From Nitrospirota bacterium (GTDB taxonomy: Bacteria > Nitrospirota > UBA9217), in NCBI GenBank assembly GCA_963845065.1, contig CAWJQQ010000009.1:1056001-1120000 (forward strand): a stretch of 64,000 nt of DNA, written 5' to 3'. The position numbers and the translations under genes are program-made. Numbering within the stretch: position 1 is the first letter of the stretch; the number at the start of each line of letters is the position of its first letter. Of this stretch, positions 44,301-52,754 are shown piece after piece. Under the pieces are notes generated by a model. It saw nothing but the letters and a program-made list of their open reading frames with translations, was not told where the DNA came from and made no database searches.

Positions 44301-44662
44301 TCGCAACAGCGAACTCCATCCTCCTAGTAAGCTTTGCAAACGACATCCGCATAGACACAAATATCTCGCCCGAGGATGCCGCGCTTGAGGCAGGGAAGGC
44401 ACGGCTTCGGCCCGTGTTAATGACCGCCCTGGCCATGATCATCGGCATGCTGCCCATGGCGCTTGCCATGGGCGAGGCGGGCGAGCAGAACGCTCCTTTG
44501 GGCCGAGCAGTGATCGGTGGGTTGCTGCTGGCTACCTTTTTCACGTTATTTATCGTGCCGGTCATCTATACGCTGATGCGGACAAAGCCGCCTTCAAAAC
44601 ATGAACTGGATGAACGGTTCGAAGCGGAGCTCCAGGGAGGAAAGGACGCTCCCAGTTTATAG
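41396..44662 (+). CDS. RND efflux permease (AcrB/CusA superfamily)
   Basis: 1088 aa; ALRRPYT, DIFPAIDIPVV, AIGMLVDDATVAVENI, RLRPVLMTALA, EQNAPLGRAVIGGL. Confidence 0.94.
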   Translation: MWIVRWALRRPYTVAVMALLLIVLGALSVSGMIVDIFPAIDIPVVVVVWNYPGLSPEDMERRVVLISERAYSTTVNGIQRIESQSIPGVGVLKIYFQPGSDIGAAIAQISSVSFTVLRSVPPGMQPPIIVQFNATNVPVAQLTISSKTISEEKLFDYGLNFIRVQLFTIPGLSTPAPFGGKTRQIMINVNPDALAGRGLSPADVVSALQSSNSIIPAGTARIGSTEYNVMLNSSPKILDQFKNIPIKIVGNAPVYMGDVATVSDSFAVQTNIVRVNGRRATYLMILKHADASTLAVVDTTRAMLPQIRKAAPQGMELNIDFDQSVFVRGAIESVVREAILSSILVSFMILIFLGSWRSMVVVSTSIPLSILASIIYLNLAGDSINIMTLGGLALAIGMLVDDATVAVENIHRNRAFGKPLTVAVVDGSAQIAVPAIVSTLAICVVFFPVVLLYGAAKYLFTPLALAVVTSMLASYVLSRTLVPVLSRMLMKGEHSETGIINEELLSRFQRITLTLNRWRDRTYIDLQQAYGRALVTILHHRIFTLSIAGILITISIALVFVIGMDFFPSVDAGLMKLHFRAPIGTRIEETERMVDQVEQSIRKVIPSQEIETINDMIGVPIFYNLAFVQTDNISGMDAEILISLKPGHRPTAYYQKKLRDTLPRSFPGSRFYFQAADIVTQVLNFGHTSPLDVQIEGADLNRSYEYALKMSDALRVIPGTADVHIKQVLDYPALQVDVDRTRAASLGMSESDVANNALVSLSSSILVAPSFFLNPANNVNYTVAVQIPPRRIDNLNSIRSMPLSPPSAGSLLQQLALPLPSATPKAPTQTLANLSTIYHAVSFENISHYTVQRVLDVEANVEGRDLGSVAADIEKSIAEIKPLPAGTQITLRGQNEIMNQSFRSLALGLILAILLVYFLMVVLFQSWLDPFIILMAVPGALIGILWMLALTGTTINVESLMGSIMAVGIATANSILLVSFANDIRIDTNISPEDAALEAGKARLRPVLMTALAMIIGMLPMALAMGEAGEQNAPLGRAVIGGLLLATFFTLFIVPVIYTLMRTKPPSKHELDERFEAELQGGKDAPSL

Positions 44663-45003
44663 ATTTTAGTTCACAGTTTGACGTTCTGCAAAAGCGATCA
44701 ATCATGTGCAATCAACTACGAGCTTGGTGAGAATGCTATCAGATGTTTTATGAAAAACAAGAGATGCAACTATAAGATCACAGAGGGTGCAGAGGAATGT
44801 AGTTTAAATGCTAGGCTTGATTTATCTAAAAGATACGCGGTAATCTCGTGGTTGACAGGTCAAGAGAAGGATCAAAAACAATTGTAATGAGGGGATAAAC
44901 AAGGAAGGAAGGCAGTGAGGGAACTTCTCTCTGAATTCAATATCTTCTCTGTTTTCTATGCCTAATAGTTTAACTATACGTGGCTGAGTAATGGGAGGTA
45001 AAA

Positions 45004-46134
45004 ATGGCAAAAGACGTTTCAACGTCGAAAGGCGCTCGCAAGCTCTTCATTTTCGGCGTTGTCATAATCGTTTTTTCCGTAGTGGCGATCGTTATCCTGT
45101 TCATAAACCGTAAAATGTCTCTCGCGAATGAAGCAAAGGTCAGGGTTGCTGCTGTCCAGGCCGGCATAGGCGTCCAAGTCGTTTCCGCACATCGTTCTCC
45201 AGGAGAACGAACGATAACGCTAACCGGTGAAGCACAACCCTTTGCCACTGTAACCCTCTATGCAAAGATAAGCGGTTATCTGAAGGAGATCAGGGTCGAT
45301 AAAGGCGACCGAGTGACTGCCGGAGAGGTCCTTGCAATCATCGAATCGCCTGAGCTTGACCGTCAGTATGAGTCCGCTGCTGTGGATGCTCAGGACAAGC
45401 GCAGAGATGCAACCCGTGAGAAAATTTTAGTGGAGAAGAATCTCATTTCGCAGCAGGACTCCGACCATGCCGAAGCCGCTGCACACGAGTCTGAGGCAAA
45501 TGCTGAAGCCCTCAAGACCCAGAAAGAGTACGAAATTCTCCGTGCACCTTTTCCCAGCATCGTGACTGTTCGTTTTGTGGATCCTGGTGCTTTGCTGCAG
45601 AGCGCTGTCGACTCTCAGACAACAGCATTACCGCTCGTAACGCTTTCCCAGACGGATAAATTACGCGTTTATATTTATCTTGACCAGAAGGATGCGAGTT
45701 TCGTCAGAATCGGAGACCAGGCGGAAATATCCGATGCCTCCCGTCCCGAAGTCGTGTTGCCTGCTGCATCCATCACCAGGATCAGCAAACAGCTCGACTC
45801 GAATACGCGCACTCTTCTTGCTGAACTCGATGTTGATAACAAGCAGGGACTGCTATTGGCTGGAAGCTTTGTGCGGGTTCTGCTAAAGCTCAAGACACCC
45901 CCGTCCATCGAAATTCCCGCACAGGCGCTTTTAATGAAGGGAGACAAGGCCTTTGTCGCGATCGTCACGCAGGGCAACAAGGTTAATTTTCGGCCCATTG
46001 TCGTGGCGGACAGTGACGGGAAGATGGTCCGGATCAGCTCAGGGCTTGAGGAAGGGCAGCGACTGGTTTTGAATCCCGGTTTCGGCATTGCCGACGGTGC
46101 ACAGGTGCAGCCGGTCGAGGAACCCGCGAATTAG
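45004..46134 (+). CDS. RND periplasmic adaptor (MFP)
   Basis: N-terminal TM, LYAKISGYLKEIRVDKGDRV, ILRAPF, TRTLLAELDVDN, SGLEEG. Confidence 0.92.
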   Translation: MAKDVSTSKGARKLFIFGVVIIVFSVVAIVILFINRKMSLANEAKVRVAAVQAGIGVQVVSAHRSPGERTITLTGEAQPFATVTLYAKISGYLKEIRVDKGDRVTAGEVLAIIESPELDRQYESAAVDAQDKRRDATREKILVEKNLISQQDSDHAEAAAHESEANAEALKTQKEYEILRAPFPSIVTVRFVDPGALLQSAVDSQTTALPLVTLSQTDKLRVYIYLDQKDASFVRIGDQAEISDASRPEVVLPAASITRISKQLDSNTRTLLAELDVDNKQGLLLAGSFVRVLLKLKTPPSIEIPAQALLMKGDKAFVAIVTQGNKVNFRPIVVADSDGKMVRISSGLEEGQRLVLNPGFGIADGAQVQPVEEPAN

Positions 46135-46356
46135 GACGAGCCGCCTTTGAATAGATGTGATAATGTTCCTAAATAAGGAACGACTTTTTTGATTCTTCGG
46201 TTGCTAAGTCAACTTAAGTATGACGAGGTAAAACACTGTTTGAGTGCGCACCTTGACAACTTTTTTAAAAGTGATATTTTCTTAAATAAGGGATAAATGA
46301 ATTATGTTTCAAGGTTCTTATTGAAAAGAAAAAAAATATGGCAGGAATGGCGCACA

Positions 46357-46756
46357 TGAACAAAATCATGTTAAAATTGATGCTGTTTCTCGTGAGGGCA
46401 ATTTAGACATCATGGACAGCGCAGAAATTTGGAAATCGCTTAGGCCACCAACGACAGCGGCGTTCAAGAGACGACGATAATTGGCGGTTGCTATTAGTTC
46501 AACTTTAATGACGTCATCGCAAAAAAGAATGCCCTATCGAAATTCTGATCAGGAAGGAACCCGGGTTCTCATGGAAAGTATGGTTCTCCATCTATTGAGA
46601 ACGATATAGACTTTGAAGTTGGGCTAAGTAGGTACCTTAAAGACGATCGCGTTCATACCAACAAAGGTTGGAAACTATCCTTTTTACTGTGAAGAAGGAT
46701 GCACCGAGTCGCATCTGGCAAAAGGCATGGAAGGGGGGACTAGATGTAGGTGATTT
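46357..46756 (+). pseudogene. Decayed exported cupredoxin-domain protein
   Basis: Fragments across frames: DSGVQE..IIGG, IRKEPG, IAFIPTKVGNYPFYC, ESHLAKGMEGGLDV (Cys...His...Met type-1-copper-like tail); TTGACA-17-TATTTT upstream; ends approximate. Confidence 0.55.
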
Positions 46757-46843
46757 GAGATTTAGATCTGGATCAAGAGCTGTGCTCCAATTCCAGCTTT
46801 GCGGAGGTTGGTGCCGACTTGAGCGAAATAAAAGGGGGAAATT

Positions 46844-47272
46844 ATGAACATGCTTAATTTAATCCGGGCTGTGGTATGGACTTCGCTATGGATAATGCTT
46901 ACAGGCCTGTCAGGCTGTCCTTTGGACATGGATAAGCCACCGAGGATAGCAGATCTGGTCTATATCCCGCAGCAGGTGCCGGAAGATGCTGGGAAAACGA
47001 CGGCCGTCATCGGCACATTTGATATAACTCAGGAAAGTGGTGAAATTATGTCGATCAATACCGAAGCGTTCGATGCACAAGGCAAAAAGGTTTCATCGGA
47101 GTCCTTTCCCTTGAGCGACGCTACGCTGAAGACGTCGAGCACGCTCGGATTCGGCTTGGATATGAGCGCATCTAAGAAAGGCGAATATGCCTTCCAGATA
47201 TACATCATTGACAGCAAAGGCCGACAATCGAACAAACTGGACGGGACCTTTGCGGTGACGGGCCTTTTTTAA
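46844..47272 (+). CDS. Hypothetical lipoprotein (beta-rich)
   Basis: AGGGGG RBS, hydrophobic signal ending in a LSGC lipobox, C-terminal ...IIDSKGRQSNKLDGTF. Confidence 0.7.
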   Translation: MNMLNLIRAVVWTSLWIMLTGLSGCPLDMDKPPRIADLVYIPQQVPEDAGKTTAVIGTFDITQESGEIMSINTEAFDAQGKKVSSESFPLSDATLKTSSTLGFGLDMSASKKGEYAFQIYIIDSKGRQSNKLDGTFAVTGLF

Positions 47273-47456
47273 ATAATGCCTGTCTTGAATGCGACCGTAG
47301 AAATCATGAAAATAGAAATATACTTTGCACGCTGTCGATATGCTGAGTAATGGCTATTAAAATATGATCATAGAGTACTCTTTCTTTAATTTAAAGTAGG
47401 GGGGAATGTAAACTTCAATTTACGTCAGGGCTGCGTGCGTCGGGAACAAGAAGTAC

Positions 47457-48590
47457 CTATTTCTCTCCCCCTGATTCCATATGAGCAACCAAATAGCCCA
47501 TGATGTCTTTGAGGGTGATGATGCCTGCGAGGCGGTCCCCTTCGACAACGAGGAGTCTGCTGTTTCCTGTCCTGCCCATGATCGTAAGAGCCCCGAGAAC
47601 AGTAGTAGTGGGACCGACAGTGTTCTCTGCAGAAACGCTCTCGATTGAGTCAGCCACGGTCTTGTGGTCCCAATCTTCCCGCGGGATTACCTTCACGTGC
47701 CGGGTGGTTATAAACCCCAACAGCGTTTCCCCTTCCATGACTGGAAACATCTTGAAATGGTATTGATTGAAATACTCCTCAACAAGTTCCTTGATTGTCA
47801 TGGATGGTCGTGCGGTCACGGGTCGCGGGTTCATGAAGCGTTTCACGATCTCGCCCTCGAGCTTTGTACTGAATAGGACCTGTCGGTAAGACATCTCGGC
47901 AGCGTAGCGAAGGAACATGCCGAGCAAGAACTGCCAGAGTCCGGCGATGAACCTGCCATACAAGAAGTTTATCACGCCGACGAGCATTATAACGATGCCA
48001 AACCCAGAACCGATCCGCGATGCGATCCGAGTAGCTTTGCGCAGGTTTTTTTGCCATTGCCATAGAGCAGCGCGCAGGATGCGCCCGCCGTCGAGAGGGA
48101 AGGCAGGAAGCAGGTTAAAGGTGGCAAGGATCCAGTTACCAAACGCGAGGTACGTCAGCACAACTTCTACGGCGATAGTGGCTTTGGATCCGGTCAAAAG
48201 CCAAGCAGCGCCAAAGAACAAAGTCCCGAGAGCAACACTGGAAATCGGGCCGGCTATGGCCATAAAAAATTCTGCTTTGGGACTCGGTGGTTCATTGTCC
48301 ATTTCCGCCACGCCGCCGAAGATGAAGAGCGTTATGCCCCGCATGGGCAGACCGAACCGTCTGGCAACGAGAGAGTGGCAGAACTCATGGAACAGGATGG
48401 AAAAGAAATAAAATACTGCGCCGGTTACACCCATCCACCAGTAAGTGCTCCGTGCAAGGCCCTCATAAGAGTACGGGAACAGGACGGTAGCCAGGGACCA
48501 AGTGACGAGTAGCGCCAGAACCAGCCAGCTTAGGTCAATTCGAACCTCAAACCCGAGCAGGCGAAATAGCGTCAGGCGTTTACCGAACAT
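47457..48590 (-). CDS. Site-2 protease (peptidase M50, SpoIVFB-like) with a CBS pair
   Basis: HEFCH (HExxH), ITLFIFGGVA, AIAGP, FNLLPAFPLDGGR, C-terminal CBS domains. Confidence 0.93.
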   Translation of the reverse strand: MFGKRLTLFRLLGFEVRIDLSWLVLALLVTWSLATVLFPYSYEGLARSTYWWMGVTGAVFYFFSILFHEFCHSLVARRFGLPMRGITLFIFGGVAEMDNEPPSPKAEFFMAIAGPISSVALGTLFFGAAWLLTGSKATIAVEVVLTYLAFGNWILATFNLLPAFPLDGGRILRAALWQWQKNLRKATRIASRIGSGFGIVIMLVGVINFLYGRFIAGLWQFLLGMFLRYAAEMSYRQVLFSTKLEGEIVKRFMNPRPVTARPSMTIKELVEEYFNQYHFKMFPVMEGETLLGFITTRHVKVIPREDWDHKTVADSIESVSAENTVGPTTTVLGALTIMGRTGNSRLLVVEGDRLAGIITLKDIMGYLVAHMESGGEK

Positions 48591-48892
48591 AATGAACCTC
48601 CCACATACTATAGGCGCTCAAGAAAAATGCAACTCAAAATTGGAAGAATATTTAACCCGCTCAGTCACGAAGAAGGGCTTTAGAAATTATAGGGTTAATG
48701 ATCTCCGAGAAAATATTCGGCTCAGACTGAAGTGAAATTAACAGCCTTAATAATTATACACCTTCACTATTGTCCGAGGAAATTTTCTCAGAAAACGATA
48801 CAGTATATTCAATTTTGCCCACTGTTATCACGGACAACAATTAATATCTGTCTGAAGTATCGTATTAACATCCATCCTCCCTTCTCTCTATT

Positions 48893-48921
48893 TTGACAGA
48901 TGGGACAAATTCCCGTATAAT
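48893..48921 (+). promoter_or_regulatory. Consensus sigma70 promoter of the GroES-fusion gene
   Basis: TTGACA (48893-48898), 17 bp, TATAAT (48916-48921); AGGAGG RBS before ATG 48959. Confidence 0.8.
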
Positions 48922-48958
48922 ACTATCGTAACCGTATATTAATGATAGGAGGACCACT

Positions 48959-49567
48959 ATGAGAATTACACCATTGCATGACTGGGCCGTTATACGGCCA
49001 ACCGGATCGGACGAGATAACCGCAGGAGGAATTATCATTCCTGATACGGCGAAAGAAAAACCCCACGAAGGAGTAATCGTGGTGATAGGTCCCGGAGCTT
49101 TTGAGGAGGAGGAAAAGTTCAAAAAGAGAAAGGTCGAGAAGAAAGAACGCCGCTTCATTCCATCGACTGTCAAACCAGGCGATAGAGTACTTTATGAACG
49201 TTTTGCGGGCCAGACCTACACCGTAAACGGTGAGGAACTGGTCATGGTGCGCGAACGAGACATTCTCGGCATACTGCCAGAGAGGCAGCCACGCCAGGCT
49301 CCGCTGCAGATCCCGGCCAGAACTTCCACGCATGGCTTTACGGCACTGATGACAAGCAAGAGGCCTCTCGATGCGAAAGCCGCAACAGTAAATAAAAAAT
49401 CTGCGTCAAAAACCACCAAGAAAGCAGCAAAAAAAACGACGATAAAACCGGCAAAGAAGGCCTTAAAGAAAACTGTCAAAAAAGCCATCAAGAAAACTGC
49501 AAAACGGTTAACAAAGCAGGCCACTGGACGGAAGGCTTCGCCCAAGAAATCGACGAAGAAAAAATAA
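48959..49567 (+). CDS. GroES/Cpn10 domain fused to a lysine-rich histone-H1-like tail
   Basis: ITPLHD, TAGGIIIPDTAKEKP, VIGPG, VKPGDRVLY and RERDILG, followed by about 95 aa containing KKAAKK/KKTVKK/KKAIKK repeats. Confidence 0.88.
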   Translation: MRITPLHDWAVIRPTGSDEITAGGIIIPDTAKEKPHEGVIVVIGPGAFEEEEKFKKRKVEKKERRFIPSTVKPGDRVLYERFAGQTYTVNGEELVMVRERDILGILPERQPRQAPLQIPARTSTHGFTALMTSKRPLDAKAATVNKKSASKTTKKAAKKTTIKPAKKALKKTVKKAIKKTAKRLTKQATGRKASPKKSTKKK

Positions 49568-49586
49568 CTTTGCGAGGTACTATAAC

Positions 49587-50168
49587 GTGGAAGACGAATT
49601 TGTATCACGTGAAAAGAAAATTCTCTCGATTCTTGAGCAGGAAATCTCAGACGGTGAAGAAATGACTGCTGCGGTAAGGCATATCGCTGAGCGTATGCTT
49701 CATGGTGAAAAAGGGTACACGCAGGTAGATGTTCAGAAAGATGTCCGTTTCCCAGTTACAATAGGGCCTGAGACCGTGGAGTCGTTCGTGGATTTCCTCG
49801 TCACCGTAGATAACAGGAACGCAATGGTGATTAAATGCGCACCCGGTTCTCTGTCGTCCCGGGAACGACATGTCGTGGCCGCGGCACGAGTGCTGGACAG
49901 CATGCCCGTCCCCGTAGCGGTCGTAATGGATCCATTAAGTGCAGTGGTCCTCGATACGATGTTAGGCAAGGTCACTGGAGAAGGGTTTGATGCAATCCCG
50001 ACAAAAAAACAGTTGATCTCGATACTGGCCGGGAAGGAATTACTACCGATTGCACCGGAAAAGCTGGAGCGCGAGAAAAGGGTACTTCTTGCTTTCGATG
50101 CTCTCCGATGTTGTATACCTCAAGGCGCCAACGGCGGTGTTCAACTTGATAAGAACGGTGATATTTAA
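49587..50168 (+). CDS. Hypothetical protein, HsdR-N / PD-(D/E)XK-like fold suspected
   Basis: EKGY...VDFLVTVD...MVIKCAPGSLSSRERH...AAR...PVAVV pattern recalls stand-alone HsdR N-terminal-like proteins; 19 bp after the GroES fusion. Confidence 0.55.
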   Translation: MEDEFVSREKKILSILEQEISDGEEMTAAVRHIAERMLHGEKGYTQVDVQKDVRFPVTIGPETVESFVDFLVTVDNRNAMVIKCAPGSLSSRERHVVAAARVLDSMPVPVAVVMDPLSAVVLDTMLGKVTGEGFDAIPTKKQLISILAGKELLPIAPEKLEREKRVLLAFDALRCCIPQGANGGVQLDKNGDI

Positions 50169-50169
50169 A

Positions 50170-50361
50170 CCTGAATCCGGCATCAGTAGCGGACTGTTAG
50201 CTCGTTTCTTGCTGAAAAAATGCGCCTAATAACGATTAAAGGTCATCGGAATGTAACCTATCAAAAAGGTAGGTTTGATTCCGTCCGCCTTTTTAAAGAT
50301 TCTGCCCGCTATTTTCGCGGTCATAATTGAGCAAAGCTCGCAGATTCGCGCCGGATTCAGG
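50170..50361. mobile_element. MITE, 192 bp
   Basis: 12-bp perfect terminal inverted repeat CCTGAATCCGGC/GCCGGATTCAGG; 5-bp direct repeat TTAAA at 50165-50169 and 50362-50366; no ORF. Confidence 0.82.
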
Positions 50362-50571
50362 TTAAATATATTTCACTTATTGTCCGTTGTCCTGCCACGG
50401 GCAAGTGTGAGCCGGGAAGCATCTCAGGCACAAGTTTGATGTCCTCACATCGCTAAAACATGTGTGGTTTCTCGCGCTGGACTCCCAATATGGGAAATCA
50501 TGATTATTCAAAAGAAGGCAACTCTCGGCAAAGCATTTCCTCAGTTTTTTCTTAGTTGTATTTCTTGACTA

Positions 50572-52251
50572 CTGACCACTCCCCATAGTTAAAACTAGGG
50601 GGTTCTGACGGCAATACCGACAGTCTCTCTGGCAACAACGCAAACATTGCCAGCCTCGACTGTCGTTGATTCGTTTTAAACGGGCGAGCTGCTCTGTCTC
50701 CGGTCTGCGCTTGTACTTACCTTCGTTGCTCGCGCGAGACCGAAGCTGGCCGGATGAATTCAACCTATCGCCGCTTCTTGCTGCACCCTCAACACCGCCC
50801 GTTCCAGGAGCAGGTTTGCACCCGGCCAGGCTACTAGAGCCTGGCGCGTGTTGAGGACATCGTTCGAAACGTACTTTGCGAAAAATGCGGAATATAGATC
50901 GCGCTATGCATCCGCACCACATGTGCAAACGTGTTGCCGCTTTGAGAGGGGCTTTTTTTTAACTTCACCGCAGTGGCATGTCATTGAAAGTTTCGTGCTC
51001 CGGGTAGGGAATTCGATTATCTGGCCGCCAGCGTTTTCGGCTTTGCGGCGAAGCATCAAAATAAACATACCCGGAGCGCGTCTTGATACGCTTTTGCCAA
51101 ATGTTCTTTGAAAGGCTTCGTACGAAAGTTTCTCGGTTTTGATGTTAGTTCCGAGCTTAAGAATCTCATTGGCAGGCTTTCCATGAGATCGTTTTCTCGT
51201 TGCAGCGAGGACCCGCTTAAGCTCTGCCAACACAGCTTTTAGAGCGCGGTATTGAGCGGAGAAGACCCACTGCTTTTTGCCGGACTTGATTGTGCCGTTC
51301 TCGTTGTAGTTATCTGGATTAGTGGCTCTAAGACTTCTGTCCCTCTTGCGCTGCACAACCCTGATTTGTTTGTACGGAATCTCGACTTCCGGACAAAATT
51401 CAACGAGCCGGGCATCAGTATCGCCAACGATAGCGCCTGTGGACGGGCCGATGTCTAAACCAACAGTCTCGGTGCCGATCTGGTTCTCTCGCTTGACCTT
51501 GGCCGTGCCCTTTAGTACGAGTTGGGCAAACCTCCGGGGTTGCCGCGGATAGTCTTCTTGACCAGCCGGACGTATTTGACTTCATGGCTAAGCGTGTGAG
51601 CCTGGACACCGAACTTGTCCTTGTGATCGAAGGGACAGCTGAGGTTAAGTCCAGACCACTCGACATGATCATCGCGCCACCGTATCCCGGATGCGTTGTT
51701 TTTGCCTTCAACGGACGACATCCAGCCACGGCGCTTGAACCGGGGCTTGCCATACTTGCCAAACTCGTAGTCGGCTACGGCATTGTATGCCCTGGTCGCT
51801 AATTTTTGGGCAGTCAGGCTATCGATATGGTCGCCGCGATCCAGCAGGAGTTTCTAAACCGACCGACGTACTCATGGAGGCTGTATTCGGTATGGTTGGC
51901 TTGGTTTCTGGCTGCCTTAAACATCTTGGTGAGCAGCTTGCTTTTCTTCTTTTTAATTGCTGTGCACCATTTGACAGAACTACGCATCGCAGCAAGACGT
52001 TTCAGCGCTTCGCCAAGGCAGGCATTATACAGATGGCGGCCAGCCTCGAGCCGAATAGCAAGCATTCGGTTGTCTTTGCGGGTAGTTCCGAGTTGAAACT
52101 CATGGATGGAAGAGGGGGTTTTTAATTTATTACGTGACATTGTTACGTTAAATATACCATAGTGATGAACATTTGTATAGCAATTGTCGAGGCGTTAAGT
52201 CTCCGCATTCATCCCCATGGTTAAAACCAGGGGCTTTCTGCGGATGATTTG
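50572..52251 (-). mobile_element. Degenerate TnpB-only IS200/IS605 element, copy 2; both ends present
   Basis: Minus strand reads TTAC|CAAATCATCCGCAGAAAGCCCCTGGTTTTAACCATGGGG ... GAACCCCCTAGTTTTAACTATGGGGAGTGGTCAG. Confidence 0.88.
50700..52140 (-). pseudogene. tnpB: tnpB pseudogene (several frameshifts)
   Basis: Fragments 51814-52140, 51512-51721 and 50904-51356 are near-identical to the 30713-32116 fragments; 3' limit approximate. Confidence 0.9.
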
Positions 52252-52289
52252 GTAAATACCATGCAATAAATTTTAAAGTTAAGAGGCAG

Positions 52290-52754
52290 ATGAATAAAGT
52301 ATTGAACGCAGTAATACTTTTTATCGCCGAGGGTGCTTATTCCGGAAAGTCGCCCTTTGCGCCGGGTACGGCGGGCACGATCGTCGGCGTGCTGCTCTAT
52401 TGGGGATTAAAGAATGTCAGTCCCTACCATTATATTGCCCTGACCTGTCTGCTTTGCATTGTGGGGACATGGGCCGCTGGTCGTGCAGAGGTCTTGCTCG
52501 CCAAACGGGACAGCCCATCAATCGTAATCGATGAGATCGCCGGCTATCTTATTTCCATGTTCATGGTTCCTGGCGGGTGGAGATATATTATTGCTGGTTT
52601 TTTTCTTTTCCGAATGTTTGACGTCTTGAAACCTTGGCCGCTCTATGATTTGCAGAATGTGCACGGTGGAATCGGAGTGATGCTCGACGATATCGGGGCC
52701 GGGGTGTATACGAACATTCTACTTCAGATCGTAATTTATTTTATCAACCGATGA
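52290..52754 (+). CDS. pgpA: Phosphatidylglycerophosphatase A
   Basis: SPFAPGTAGT, DSPSIVIDEIAG, FRMFDVLKPWP, GGIGVMLDDIGAG. Confidence 0.95.
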   Translation: MNKVLNAVILFIAEGAYSGKSPFAPGTAGTIVGVLLYWGLKNVSPYHYIALTCLLCIVGTWAAGRAEVLLAKRDSPSIVIDEIAGYLISMFMVPGGWRYIIAGFFLFRMFDVLKPWPLYDLQNVHGGIGVMLDDIGAGVYTNILLQIVIYFINR

